From the IMG/VR virus record IMGVR_UViG_3300031227_000030: a stretch of 64,000 bases of DNA, one strand, 5' to 3'. This stretch comes from an uncultured virus (IMG/VR IMGVR_UViG_3300031227_000030) (lineage: Duplodnaviria > Heunggongvirae > Uroviricota > Caudoviricetes). The stretch's first letter is position 1; the number at the start of each line of letters is the position of its first letter. The translations under genes and the position numbers were made by a program. Below, piece by piece: positions 20,521 through 30,745 of this stretch. A model generated the notes under the pieces. It did not search any database. It saw only the letters and a program-made list of their open reading frames with translations, and was not told the DNA's origin.

Positions 20521-20772
20521 TTATAAAATATTTTCTCTTTTTATTTCAACAAAACATTTAGATTTATTATTCATTTTTTCTATTATCATAACTAAGTCTT
20601 TTATCTCTTTTTTTCTTAATTCCCCTAGATGTTGCTCTTTATACTCTTCGTACTTAGAGCCAACATCACTTTTAATAGGGTAAATAATTCTCCATTCTAT
20701 TCCAGACAAGATAGTTTTGTAAACAACCACTACCCTATAGAGAATATCAGAAGTATCTTGTGTTGCTAACAT
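20521..20772 (-). CDS. Hypothetical protein
   Basis: 83 aa; TAATG coupling with the SSB gene. Confidence 0.5.
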   Translation of the reverse strand: MLATQDTSDILYRVVVVYKTILSGIEWRIIYPIKSDVGSKYEEYKEQHLGELRKKEIKDLVMIIEKMNNKSKCFVEIKRENIL

Positions 20773-21584
20773 TATCCTCCTAAAATAGCGTCTAAACTTG
20801 ATGCTGGATCTTCATCAGCATTCTGTTCTTCTACGGATCTTGAGTCTTCTACAGGGGCTGTTTCTGTTTTTACCTTAATTGATTCACCTTTATCACTTAA
20901 TGGAGTTGCTTGAGGAAAACTAAAAGCGTCTTCTGGTTTAGACTGAGGGGTCTCTTCTTTGTTAATAATCTCTGAAATTTTGTCATATGAGATTTTAGGA
21001 TAAATAGCAGACAAATCATGAAGCTCAGTAATCTCTTTTAAAACACTCATATCAATTTCTGTTGGGTTTGGAGCTATTACCAAAGTGTATTCTGTTTTTA
21101 TTCCAAATCCAGTTTTTTTAACAATTAAATTTCTACCTGTTTTAATATCTGTAATATCTTGGCCTAACATTTGAATTTGATTAACAAGAGTTTCTTTTAC
21201 TGTTTTAGGAAGCTGTAAAATCTTATATTCACCTTTTTCATTTAAAGCATTAAATAAAAATCTTGTTTTCCTTGAAACGAGAGAAGCTTTCTTGTCATTT
21301 CCTTCTGACTTAAATTTTGCCCATTTTTCACAAAAAGGACATTTTCCTTCTAGTTCTGAAGTGCATAAGAAAGATCTGACTTTGCCAGAAGATGTTGTAT
21401 AAAAATGAACAACTATCTTTTCCCAAAACTTAGAGAGACCTTTTGCTGGGGGAAGAATTCTAAAAACATTGTTCTCTTCAGACTTAATCTTATGGAATTG
21501 ATAGTTAACCCTAGTTTCTTGAGCTTTTGCTTCTGTGTTTACTTCCTCTAACGAGGCTTTGCCAAAAATTTCTTCGAGTGACAT
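20772..21584 (-). CDS. gp32-like single-stranded DNA-binding protein
   Basis: FRILPP, H..C..CPFC, DIKTGRNL.VKKTG.G.KTEY and an acidic C-terminal tail. Confidence 0.82.
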   Translation of the reverse strand: MSLEEIFGKASLEEVNTEAKAQETRVNYQFHKIKSEENNVFRILPPAKGLSKFWEKIVVHFYTTSSGKVRSFLCTSELEGKCPFCEKWAKFKSEGNDKKASLVSRKTRFLFNALNEKGEYKILQLPKTVKETLVNQIQMLGQDITDIKTGRNLIVKKTGFGIKTEYTLVIAPNPTEIDMSVLKEITELHDLSAIYPKISYDKISEIINKEETPQSKPEDAFSFPQATPLSDKGESIKVKTETAPVEDSRSVEEQNADEDPASSLDAILGG

Positions 21585-21585
21585 A

Positions 21586-22329
21586 TTATTCTCCTTTTGT
21601 TTTTCTTTTTAAAAAACTCATTGTTGGAATGTTTTCTTTCAAAAAAGATTTTTTTATTAATTTAAATATTTTTTCAAACTTTTCATAAAAAACCTCTGTT
21701 TTCCCCTCCTTTTGTATTTCAAAGTCTGTTTTGATAAAATCATAGTCTGATAAACCTCTTAACCCATCATAACTCTCACCTCCTTTTATTTTTATTGTCC
21801 TATAGTATTTTCCAAAATAATTTTTAAGATACTCGTTTTCATAGTTATAGGTAATATCCCAAATGATATGAGTACCTGAAATTTTAGAAAGTTTTTCTGA
21901 ATATAAAGTAGCATAAGATTCAGCAAAAAATAACTTATAGGCATCTCTAATTATCTTAAACTCTACATTCTCCACTAAGTTAAAAATCGAAGAAGCTCCC
22001 ATTTCATATCTTCCATAAGGAATCATTGCTGGAGTAAAATCAGATTCATGATATAATGTTTTTCCCATTTCTCTTAAAATTTCTTTTATTTCTACCTTTC
22101 CTATTAAAATAGGAGGGTCAAACTTTTGATCACGAGAAGGATAGTTTGGATTATTCCCAATATCCTTAAAATTAAAAATATTAGAAATCATAGCCATTTC
22201 AAAATTCAAAAGAGAAGTTCTAGACTTTGCTTCAAAATTTTTAACAATATAATCTGCTAATGTTTTCTTTCCAGCTTTTTTCCCACCAATAATACCAAGA
22301 ATATAATTCATTTTAATCCTTCCATTCAA
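21586..22329 (-). CDS. Deoxynucleoside monophosphate kinase-like protein (divergent)
   Basis: N-terminal ILGIIGGKKAGKKTLADY P-loop and IIWDITYNYE (cf. DxRFxNE). Confidence 0.55.
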   Translation of the reverse strand: MNGRIKMNYILGIIGGKKAGKKTLADYIVKNFEAKSRTSLLNFEMAMISNIFNFKDIGNNPNYPSRDQKFDPPILIGKVEIKEILREMGKTLYHESDFTPAMIPYGRYEMGASSIFNLVENVEFKIIRDAYKLFFAESYATLYSEKLSKISGTHIIWDITYNYENEYLKNYFGKYYRTIKIKGGESYDGLRGLSDYDFIKTDFEIQKEGKTEVFYEKFEKIFKLIKKSFLKENIPTMSFLKRKTKGE

Positions 22330-25300
22330 TTTCGTTACAAATAAAGTTTAGATTATTGTTCCAAAGATTATTGTAACCGGTCATTTTTACCAAAGGTGCT
22401 TTGTTGTTTTTTAACAATCCCTTATATTTAATTAGTTCTTTTTCATATATTTTATACGTTTCTGGCCAAAGAGTTGCTCTAACTTTTTGAGATCCATTCT
22501 GAATCGTAATGAATCCCATACTTTTCCTCTCTTTTTTTGTCCTTATTTCTTTTACCTCCGAAAGCAGCCCTCCAATAATGTACTCTCTTTTTAAATTTTG
22601 CCTAACTGCAAGATATTTGTCACAGTCTCCAAACCAATCTCTAAACATTTGATAAAAATCCATTGGAAATGAAGGAAGAGCTTTTTGCCTCAATTGAAGC
22701 ATCTCTAGCTTATTCATAGATTTTATCTCAGAAGAGACTTTTGCTTTTTTTCTTTCTTTTGCAATTTTATATTCTAAATATTCTATATATTGATCTCTTG
22801 TCGCTTTATCTTCAAGATCTAATGACTTAAATAGCCCAGCAAAAATCAAATTCTTCATTACATCAGAGTCTACAATAGAGAGATTTATCCCAGAAGTCAA
22901 GAAGTCAGTTAAGGAAGTGAAATCTTTTTTTCTAGAATCTTTTATTTTTTTGATTTCTTTTAGAGCTACTGGACCAACTTGATTTACAACTGTTAACGGA
23001 GTCACTATCTTATCATTTCTAATAACAAAGTTTTCTTCAATAAGATTTACTGTTGGCTCAAGAAGATATGGCATAGCAAGAGGACAATATTTTTTCAAAT
23101 CATCTGAAGAAGAGTTTGACAAGACAGAGCACCACCATTCTAGAGGATAGTATACTTTTAGATATTGGCAAAGATAGGAAGTCATCGCATAAGCAGCTGC
23201 ATGAGATAAATTAAAAGAATACCCTGTAAAGGCATAAATCATGTTCCATAATTGATTTGCTTTTTTATCATCAATGTCAGGATGTTTTTTTCTTGTCCTA
23301 ATTATAAAATCTTCTTTATATTTCTTAAGCATCTCAGGTTTTTTCTTGCCCATAGCTCTTCTTGCCTCATCAGTTTCTTCACCGTTGAAATCTGCCAAAA
23401 CCTCAAGGGCTTTCATCATTTGCTCTTGATAAAGCATAACTCCATAAGTATCCTTTAAAACAGGCTCAAGAGAATTGTGGAAATAATCAACTGACTTCCT
23501 TCCTGATTTTCTATCAGCATAAGCAACATCCATTTTTAAATTAGTTATTCCTGGTCTTCCTAAAGAAAGAATGGCGGCCAATTCAAAGAGATTTTCTGTT
23601 TTTATTCTTGTAAGAAGTTGTTTTTCTAAATCTGTATTAGCTTGAAAGACAGTATCTGTCTTTGCTTTTTGAAACTCTTCAAAAACTTTTGGGTCTTCCC
23701 AATCAACATTGTAAGGATCAATTTCTTTCCCAGTTCGATCTTTTATTAATTGAAGGGCTCCTTGAATATCTTTCAATGTGTTTAGCCCTAAGAAATCAAA
23801 CTTTATTGCTCCCGCACGTTCACACCATTCCATTGTATATTGAGTATAACTTACTCCATTAGACCTCGCTAAAGGGATAAAGTTTTTTAAAGGTTTTCCT
23901 GTTATACAAACAGCTGAAGCGTGAATCCCTCTTTGTCTAGCATTGTCTATTAAATCTATTAATGGATCAGCTATTCTTTTATTATCAAATAGAAACTTTC
24001 TAACTTTTTCAGCTTCAGGAGATTTTAGGTAATCAATTGCCCATGTTTTCTCATCAACAGATCCAGGAGGAGTAGGGATTTCTCTAGTTATTGCATTAAG
24101 CTCAGAAAAGTTTTTCTCAGGATAGAAAACTCTAGCGATATCTTTAATAGAGGACTTTAATTTTAAATTCTGAGTTGTTCCTATTGAAGCAACAAACTCT
24201 CCTCCATATTTATTTATTAAATATCTTTTTATCATTGTTGGGTTACTAGAATCTATATCTACATCAGGAAGATGGTTTCCTAAAATTCTAGATTTATTTA
24301 TAAATCGATAAAAAGAAAGATCCCAATCTAAAGGATTAATATTCGTTATCCCCATTAAATAACAGAGTAAAGAACCTCCAGCAGAACCTCTGCCTATACC
24401 TACTAGAACATTTTCTCTTTTACACCACCTACAAAGATCTTCTAACAAAAGAAAATAGTTAGTTAGATCTGTTTTTCCATTATTCACTATAACTTGGAAT
24501 TCTTCTTTTATTCTATCAACATACTTATTTGTATTTCTAAATCTTGGACTTTTTTTGCAAATTTCTAACATTAATTTTTTAGGAAGCATCCCTTCTTCGT
24601 ATAAAGGATGTTCTTTTAGATTAACGGTAGGAAGAGACGGAGAAAGATTTAACTCAAGATCTTTACATTTATCTAAAATTTCAAGAGTGTTTAAACAATA
24701 CTTATCAAACATTGCTTTATCAATATACGGATGATTTTCTTGAAATTTTCCCCAAAGCTCTTCTTCAGATAACAGAGGGTTTTTACTGTATATTTTTTTA
24801 CCTAAAGAAGAATTTGATTTTATGAAGTTAAGATGCTTAACCCGTTGAGCTATATGTTGCTTTTCCCAAAGATAATAAGAGTTAGAGGAACAAATTACCT
24901 TTATGCTTAGTTGGTTACTAAGCTCTATGATCCTTTTGTTAACAATTTCTAAAGGGTTAGATCCATCTTTCCTAAGATCAATAAAAATATTCTGTTGGGA
25001 GTCCCAAACTTTAGATACATCATGCGGTAAAACTTCTAAATAGAAATCAGAACCAAATATAGCTTTTAAATCGCTTACAGTAATAAAGTCTATTTCGTCA
25101 TTTGATAAAATAGTCTTACCAACAAATCCCTTATGACCTCCAGAGATAACGATCAAACCTTCTCTATGAGCGCCTAAATCATTTAAACTAATCCTAGGTT
25201 CTAAGAAGAAATGGGATTTTTGCTCTGAACTTAATGTTGAAAGATTACATAAGTTTTGATATCCTTTTTCATTCTTAACAAGACAGACAATCTTTTGATA

Positions 25301-25558
25301 TGGGTCATAAGGATCTTTTTTTGACAAATCTTCTGATAGGTAAAAATCGCAGCCCATTACTATAGGGAACTTTTCTCTTTTTCCTAGTTCATATAACTCT
25401 AGAGCACAAGAAATATTAGCATCATCTGTAATAGAAATACCAGATAGATTCTTTTTCTTTGCTTCCTTTATCCATTCCTTTACTGTGCAAAGTCCACCTT
25501 TAAGTGAAAAATGACTATGGTTATGAAGACTTGAATAAGCCATATTAAAAACCTCCAA
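22313..25558 (-). CDS. dnaE: DNA polymerase III alpha subunit (family C)
   Basis: HNHSHFS PHP start, GRGSAGGSL, PDVDID, KFDFLGL, YQEQ, FNLSHAAAY, C-terminal OB fold. Confidence 0.96.
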   Translation of the reverse strand: MEVFNMAYSSLHNHSHFSLKGGLCTVKEWIKEAKKKNLSGISITDDANISCALELYELGKREKFPIVMGCDFYLSEDLSKKDPYDPYQKIVCLVKNEKGYQNLCNLSTLSSEQKSHFFLEPRISLNDLGAHREGLIVISGGHKGFVGKTILSNDEIDFITVSDLKAIFGSDFYLEVLPHDVSKVWDSQQNIFIDLRKDGSNPLEIVNKRIIELSNQLSIKVICSSNSYYLWEKQHIAQRVKHLNFIKSNSSLGKKIYSKNPLLSEEELWGKFQENHPYIDKAMFDKYCLNTLEILDKCKDLELNLSPSLPTVNLKEHPLYEEGMLPKKLMLEICKKSPRFRNTNKYVDRIKEEFQVIVNNGKTDLTNYFLLLEDLCRWCKRENVLVGIGRGSAGGSLLCYLMGITNINPLDWDLSFYRFINKSRILGNHLPDVDIDSSNPTMIKRYLINKYGGEFVASIGTTQNLKLKSSIKDIARVFYPEKNFSELNAITREIPTPPGSVDEKTWAIDYLKSPEAEKVRKFLFDNKRIADPLIDLIDNARQRGIHASAVCITGKPLKNFIPLARSNGVSYTQYTMEWCERAGAIKFDFLGLNTLKDIQGALQLIKDRTGKEIDPYNVDWEDPKVFEEFQKAKTDTVFQANTDLEKQLLTRIKTENLFELAAILSLGRPGITNLKMDVAYADRKSGRKSVDYFHNSLEPVLKDTYGVMLYQEQMMKALEVLADFNGEETDEARRAMGKKKPEMLKKYKEDFIIRTRKKHPDIDDKKANQLWNMIYAFTGYSFNLSHAAAYAMTSYLCQYLKVYYPLEWWCSVLSNSSSDDLKKYCPLAMPYLLEPTVNLIEENFVIRNDKIVTPLTVVNQVGPVALKEIKKIKDSRKKDFTSLTDFLTSGINLSIVDSDVMKNLIFAGLFKSLDLEDKATRDQYIEYLEYKIAKERKKAKVSSEIKSMNKLEMLQLRQKALPSFPMDFYQMFRDWFGDCDKYLAVRQNLKREYIIGGLLSEVKEIRTKKERKSMGFITIQNGSQKVRATLWPETYKIYEKELIKYKGLLKNNKAPLVKMTGYNNLWNNNLNFICNEIEWKD

Positions 25559-25757
25559 TATTTTTAAGAATTCCGTGATGTCTTGGATTACTCGTTATTG
25601 TTTCTCCATTTACAAATGTTTTTTTAGTATTATCTTTAATATTAAATATTTTCTTGATCTCTTGTTCTTCATTCCAAAGCTCCCAAGATTTTTTAGCTTT
25701 TTTAATAGCCAACTCGACATCTGTTTCATTTAAAAAATAGATATTTTCACTATTCAT
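25545..25757 (-). CDS. Hypothetical protein
   Basis: 70 aa, overlapping the primase and dnaE genes. Confidence 0.5.
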   Translation of the reverse strand: MNSENIYFLNETDVELAIKKAKKSWELWNEEQEIKKIFNIKDNTKKTFVNGETITSNPRHHGILKNIGGF

Positions 25758-26683
25758 TTTAAAACTCCCTCAAGATAGTTAGGACTATATTTTTGAGCTG
25801 AATAAATATATTTAGAAGCCTCTAGGTAGTTGCAATCTCCTAAGTCCTTAAGGTGCTTTGGTAAAATAACTCTAAATAGCTCAAGAGGTGTCGATAAACT
25901 ATATGCCATTGATTTAACGGCTTTGATTTCCGATGGATCTATCCCAATAACTATTTCTTTAAGATTTTTAAGATTTAAGATAAGCTGTTTTTGTAAAGGA
26001 GAAAGTGTCTTCCCTAATAGAGCGACAACAGGGTAAATAGAAGATTTTATACAATCTATTGGCCCCTCAACTATTACCAATTTTACTGCATTTTTAATTT
26101 TATCATAATTATATAGGAACTTAGATTTGTCAAACCCTGGGCAAGTAAAAGCCTTAACTCTACTTAACCCAGAAATATCTCTTCCTTGCCATCCAACACA
26201 TTTTCCATCAAAATAAGCTGGAAAAATTATCCTTTTCATTCCTCTAGAATATCTTATATCAAATTCTTCAGACTTTTCTGGAGTAATCCCTCTTCTATCT
26301 AAATAATCAGAGAACTCGTCTTCTTTTGAAAAGTCTACTTTAGGGAATCTTTCTATGTTAATTTCTTTTTTAATTTCTACTGAGAGACTAGAAAGACCAC
26401 TATTTCCTAAGTTTGGGATTAATTGACGCTTTGTAAGTGTTCTCTGTCTTTCTCCAGCTTTTTTAATAGCTTCCGAATAGGGTATCTTTTCGTATTCTTT
26501 AATAAATTTAGAAAATCTCCCCTTTACTTGACAACTCCAACAATGAAAAACTCCGTTATCTTTCTTAATATATAGTTTTCTTTTTTTGCCACAAGCAAAG
26601 CAAGTTAAGGAATAGTCATTTCTTTCTTCTTTAAACTCAATTCCTTGAGATATTAAATAATTTTTTACTTTATCATCTAGCAT
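25754..26683 (-). CDS. DNA primase (Zn finger + TOPRIM)
   Basis: CFAC..HCWSC, YLDRRG, VGWQGR, IVEGPID. Confidence 0.88.
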   Translation of the reverse strand: MLDDKVKNYLISQGIEFKEERNDYSLTCFACGKKRKLYIKKDNGVFHCWSCQVKGRFSKFIKEYEKIPYSEAIKKAGERQRTLTKRQLIPNLGNSGLSSLSVEIKKEINIERFPKVDFSKEDEFSDYLDRRGITPEKSEEFDIRYSRGMKRIIFPAYFDGKCVGWQGRDISGLSRVKAFTCPGFDKSKFLYNYDKIKNAVKLVIVEGPIDCIKSSIYPVVALLGKTLSPLQKQLILNLKNLKEIVIGIDPSEIKAVKSMAYSLSTPLELFRVILPKHLKDLGDCNYLEASKYIYSAQKYSPNYLEGVLK

Positions 26684-26691
26684 AGTTCCTC

Positions 26692-28185
26692 CTATTTTAT
26701 ATCTAATATTTCATCCATTATCTCTCCACCAGGCCTAGAGTCATACTTCGGATCAACTTCTTCATATGGATTCTCTATTCTTGTTTGAACTAACTTTTTA
26801 AGCTTTTGTTCTTCTCCTTGCTCTACTTCTATTTCCTCATAAGCTAGTTCAGGACCAAACATATTATAGTAGCTCCAGTCACACTGGTATCTTACGGCTA
26901 AATTAGCTTTAGTGTCTCTTTGCTTATCTAAACAAAAAACAATTTTGTCATCTCTTGTATCTTGAATTGATTTAGAAATTGTAATAACTTGATCTGCATC
27001 TTGAACAATTCCAAAACATTCAGAAATATCTGTCATCCTTAAGATGTCATTGTTTTTCCTAGTTCTTTTCATGGCATCTCTGTTTCCTTGAGCTGCAGTA
27101 ATTGAAACAACATCTAAGCTATCGGAGATAGATTTTAATCCTTGATAAATCTCTTGGTGCACAAACCTTTTTTCTTGATACTTACTTTTTAAAGATAATT
27201 TTTGTCCATAATCATCTATGACTACATCGAAATCAAACTCTTGTTTCTTTATGGAACAATAATCTATAACTTCTTCTACAGGGGTTCTAAATTTTTTCAT
27301 CTTTTTTGCATGAAGATTCTCTTTTAATAATTTAAGCGCATAATCTTTTCGATATACTTCGTCTTTATCTTCAAACTTATAGTTTGGGTCAAATAATTTT
27401 TCATATGGAATTTTACTAAACCTACTAAAGAAACGTCCATAAACTTGATCATCATTACCTTCATGGTAGATATAGAGAACTTTATATCCAGCCCAAATAA
27501 TATGGTAAGCTAAATTTATGAAGAAACTAGTTTTCCCAACGTTAGAGACACCTAATATAGTTGTAAAAGTTTGTCTAGGAAGACCGCCAAACATTGCTTT
27601 GTCAAAGGTAGGGATTCCTGTTGGTACTCTTCTTTTTGAAATATTTTTTGCTCTTAATAAAAATTCATCAAAATTTGTAAAATCTAAAATATCATCTTTT
27701 TCAAAGTTAACTCCATAGAGCTCCCCTATCTTTTCTCTAGTTAACTCATAAGCACTTTCATGTCTTTCTTGATTATATAAATTAGTTGTCTGAATATACG
27801 TTTCACTAAATATTGCTCGTCTTATGAAACCTGTTAATTCTTTTCTCAGATAATCTGTATCAGAGTAAAGACAATTTAAGACGTCTTTAATGCAAGTTTC
27901 ATATAAAATTCTCTCTACAACATCAAATTTTGAAATTTCATAATCTAAAGTAGCTATCTCAGGTATTTTTTGATATTCAAGATAATGGGCAGAGATTTTA
28001 GAGAACAACCAAGAAAGTTCTTGAGAGACAAAGTAAGAAGGTTTTAAGTAAAGAGAACATCTCCCTAAAAATTGAAAGTCTTTAAGCATCAAATTTAATA
28101 TAGATTCTTGGAGTCTTTTATCGAAAGGGAACTCAGAGACAGAGTGCTCTGATTTTTTCTCAATAATATCATTTTCTGAAGACAT
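26692..28185 (-). CDS. DnaB-like replicative helicase
   Basis: GVSNVGKT, VIDDYG, TAAQGNR, DISECFG...AD, KQR. Confidence 0.88.
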   Translation of the reverse strand: MSSENDIIEKKSEHSVSEFPFDKRLQESILNLMLKDFQFLGRCSLYLKPSYFVSQELSWLFSKISAHYLEYQKIPEIATLDYEISKFDVVERILYETCIKDVLNCLYSDTDYLRKELTGFIRRAIFSETYIQTTNLYNQERHESAYELTREKIGELYGVNFEKDDILDFTNFDEFLLRAKNISKRRVPTGIPTFDKAMFGGLPRQTFTTILGVSNVGKTSFFINLAYHIIWAGYKVLYIYHEGNDDQVYGRFFSRFSKIPYEKLFDPNYKFEDKDEVYRKDYALKLLKENLHAKKMKKFRTPVEEVIDYCSIKKQEFDFDVVIDDYGQKLSLKSKYQEKRFVHQEIYQGLKSISDSLDVVSITAAQGNRDAMKRTRKNNDILRMTDISECFGIVQDADQVITISKSIQDTRDDKIVFCLDKQRDTKANLAVRYQCDWSYYNMFGPELAYEEIEVEQGEEQKLKKLVQTRIENPYEEVDPKYDSRPGGEIMDEILDIK

Positions 28186-28198
28186 ATTACTCCTAAAA

Positions 28199-29872
28199 TT
28201 ATATTGAATTTTCTAAAGAATTATCTTGTACTTTCCCTGAACTTCTGATCACAAGGCCTCCTCCTTTCAGTAGCCCACAAGCGATTGAAATAGCATTTTT
28301 AAGAGCAGTTCTAACAACTTTATACGGATCAACAATTCCATCTTCTTTTAAGTCTACTATTAATCTATTTACTCCGTCATAACCTTTCCATCCATTAGTA
28401 AGAGCGTCTTTAGAGTAAAGATCTTCGTAAACTTGCAAAGCCATAGTTTCTGGATTATCTCCACAATTCTCGGCAATTTGTCTAAAAGGAGACTGAAGAG
28501 CTTGAATTAAAACTCCCCAAGCTAAATAAGACGGAGAATTTTTTTCAAAATTTTGTTTATAGTAAGAAACATTTAAAAGAGCTTTCCCTCCTCCAGGGAC
28601 AATACCTTCTTGAATTGCTGCTCTTGTAGCATGAATAGAGTCAATAACTCTATCTTGCTTCTCTTTCATCTCAAAATCTGTAGCTCCTCCAACACCAATT
28701 ATAGCAATTCCTCCAGTTAATTTTCCAAGTCTTTCTTTCCAATTTTCTTTCTCAAACTCAGATTCAGCAGTCTCTATTTGTTTTTCACATATCTTAACTC
28801 TTGCGTCCATAATCCTCTCTGTTGTTTGTCCTTCATAGATTGTCGTTTTATATCTATCTCCAACTATCTTCATACATCTTCCAAATTCATATTTTCCCGC
28901 AATCTCTTCCCACTTTATTCCTGGGAAAGGAGAGATGATATCTCCTCCACAAAAAGCAGCTAAATCTTCTGCAGTATAAATTCTAGAGTTAGGAGAACCT
29001 ATCATTGGAATTTTAACTGGAAACCAAATCATTCCTTGTTCTAGTCTATTTCTTGCCATCCAAGCTAAGGCATCTCCAACAATATCATGAGCAATAATAC
29101 AAATATGAGGTTTCTTCCCTTCTTCTAATTCATTAACTTTAGAAACAAAATGAACTAACCAAATAGGGTCTGAAATGATTGCATTAAAAACAACAATATA
29201 CGGAGAGTCTAAAACAGTTTGCTGTCTAGGTGGATCTGTTACAAAAAAAGTCCCTGGTTCTTTAAAAGAAGCAAATCCTGAGTCTAACTGGTAACCCTCA
29301 ATATGACGTAATGATGTCCCTAGTCCAAAGCCTTCCTCTAATTGGATAACACCATTTGACCCAACCAAATCAAAAGCTTCACAGACTGTATTAGAGATAT
29401 CTTCATCTCCATTACAAGAGATCTTAGCAATATTCAGAAGATCTTCTTGTCCTTTAACTTCTTCTTTAACTTTTTTTAATTTTTCAATAATAAATGGTTC
29501 TAGTTTTTGGATTTCTGTCACTAACTTTTGCGGGGTAATTGCCCCAATTTGGATAAGCTTTAAGCCTTTCTCATAAATAGCCTCAGTTAAAACAATTGCA
29601 GTTGTTGTTCCATCTCCAGCTTCTGTGTTTGTTTTTTTTGCAGCTTCTTTAATAGATTGCATAATTAAGTTTATCTGAGGATCCTCAGAGAAACAATTTT
29701 CTGACACAGTTACTCCATCTTTTGTTGAGAGAGGAGGTAGTTTGTCTCTTTCAAGTAAAATTGGTAAACCATTAGGTCCCAAAGTAGTTTTGACTATCCC
29801 AGATAATTGATTAAGAGCTTTTGTAGCACTTTGGTAATACTCTTCTTTTCTAATGATTAAGTCATTTGACAT
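28199..29872 (-). CDS. groEL: Phage-encoded group I chaperonin
   Basis: TLGPNG, TKDGVTV, AGDGTTTA, GIVPGGG, GIVDPYKV. Confidence 0.95.
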   Translation of the reverse strand: MSNDLIIRKEEYYQSATKALNQLSGIVKTTLGPNGLPILLERDKLPPLSTKDGVTVSENCFSEDPQINLIMQSIKEAAKKTNTEAGDGTTTAIVLTEAIYEKGLKLIQIGAITPQKLVTEIQKLEPFIIEKLKKVKEEVKGQEDLLNIAKISCNGDEDISNTVCEAFDLVGSNGVIQLEEGFGLGTSLRHIEGYQLDSGFASFKEPGTFFVTDPPRQQTVLDSPYIVVFNAIISDPIWLVHFVSKVNELEEGKKPHICIIAHDIVGDALAWMARNRLEQGMIWFPVKIPMIGSPNSRIYTAEDLAAFCGGDIISPFPGIKWEEIAGKYEFGRCMKIVGDRYKTTIYEGQTTERIMDARVKICEKQIETAESEFEKENWKERLGKLTGGIAIIGVGGATDFEMKEKQDRVIDSIHATRAAIQEGIVPGGGKALLNVSYYKQNFEKNSPSYLAWGVLIQALQSPFRQIAENCGDNPETMALQVYEDLYSKDALTNGWKGYDGVNRLIVDLKEDGIVDPYKVVRTALKNAISIACGLLKGGGLVIRSSGKVQDNSLENSI

Positions 29873-29889
29873 TTATTCTTCTCCTTTTT

Positions 29890-30096
29890 TTATTTTTTCT
29901 TTTTTAAAGAAAGCCTCTTATCAAAAAATGGATTAACAGTTCCATCAGAAGACCATCTGCAATTGCATCTTCTACATTTTTTTCCACCACTAAAGTCCTT
30001 CATTTCTAAACGTTTACTTCCACAATTAGGACACTTTCTTCTATTAACAGCATCATTAATTTTATTTTCAATATTAGAATCAATAAGTTTTTTCAT
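29890..30096 (-). CDS. Small zinc-ribbon protein
   Basis: CPNC...CRRC. Confidence 0.6.
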   Translation of the reverse strand: MKKLIDSNIENKINDAVNRRKCPNCGSKRLEMKDFSGGKKCRRCNCRWSSDGTVNPFFDKRLSLKKKK

Positions 30097-30138
30097 TTTT
30101 TCACTTTAACAAAGTTTATCAGTTATTTTATTTATTTC

Positions 30139-30294
30139 CTAAACTTTACTTTCTTCTTCTTCTTCGGCCTCTTCTTCATCATCTAAAACTTGGACTAAAC
30201 AAGCCTCACAAATTGCTTCACCTTCTGGGCTATTCTTAACAGCAGACTCTTTTATCTCACTTCCACATAAAGAGCAAAAAATTCTTTTTTCCAC
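30139..30294 (-). CDS. 51-aa ClpX-type C4 zinc-finger protein with acidic tail (not in ORF track)
   Basis: GTG start after AAGGAGG; MEKRIFCSLCGSEIKESAVKNSPEGEAICEACLVQVLDDEEEAEEEEESKV, C-x2-C-x18-C-x2-C. Fills the gap between co-oriented genes. Confidence 0.7.
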   Translation of the reverse strand: MEKRIFCSLCGSEIKESAVKNSPEGEAICEACLVQVLDDEEEAEEEEESKV

Positions 30295-30303
30295 GATACC
30301 TCC

Positions 30304-30732
30304 TTATTTTAATAATAAAATTGATTTACCAGTAAGAAGCTTCTTCCCCCCTTTTTCTAGCTCTTTTCTAAGCTTCCCTTTTGCTGTCTTAACTTTTTTA
30401 AGCTGATAGAGTTGCTGAGAAGTTGGTACTGAGATTATATCAATTCCTTCTCCTTTTGGAAGAATCTTTTCTCCTTTTCTTAAAGCTGCTGAAATTAAAC
30501 ATCTTTCAGGACCTGTAGGAGAGAGACGGACAGGGTTAGCATGACAAGGATAAGCATAATCTCCTTCAGGAATCTCTCGTCCAGTTATTACACAAGTTCT
30601 ACTTTTTGACAAACGAATTGGGTTTAAAAGACGAGCACGTTTGTTGGGAATGATAAAAAGATAACTATATCCAACAACGTCTAATAACTTCTGTCTAGCT
30701 TCTGAGATAACAAGTCTCTTTTCCTTTTTCAT
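30304..30732 (-). CDS. Hypothetical basic protein
   Basis: 142 aa with SD AAGGAG; RTCVITGREIPEGD resembles a zinc-finger knuckle. Confidence 0.6.
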   Translation of the reverse strand: MKKEKRLVISEARQKLLDVVGYSYLFIIPNKRARLLNPIRLSKSRTCVITGREIPEGDYAYPCHANPVRLSPTGPERCLISAALRKGEKILPKGEGIDIISVPTSQQLYQLKKVKTAKGKLRKELEKGGKKLLTGKSILLLK

Positions 30733-30745
30733 AGAGTTCTCCTTT

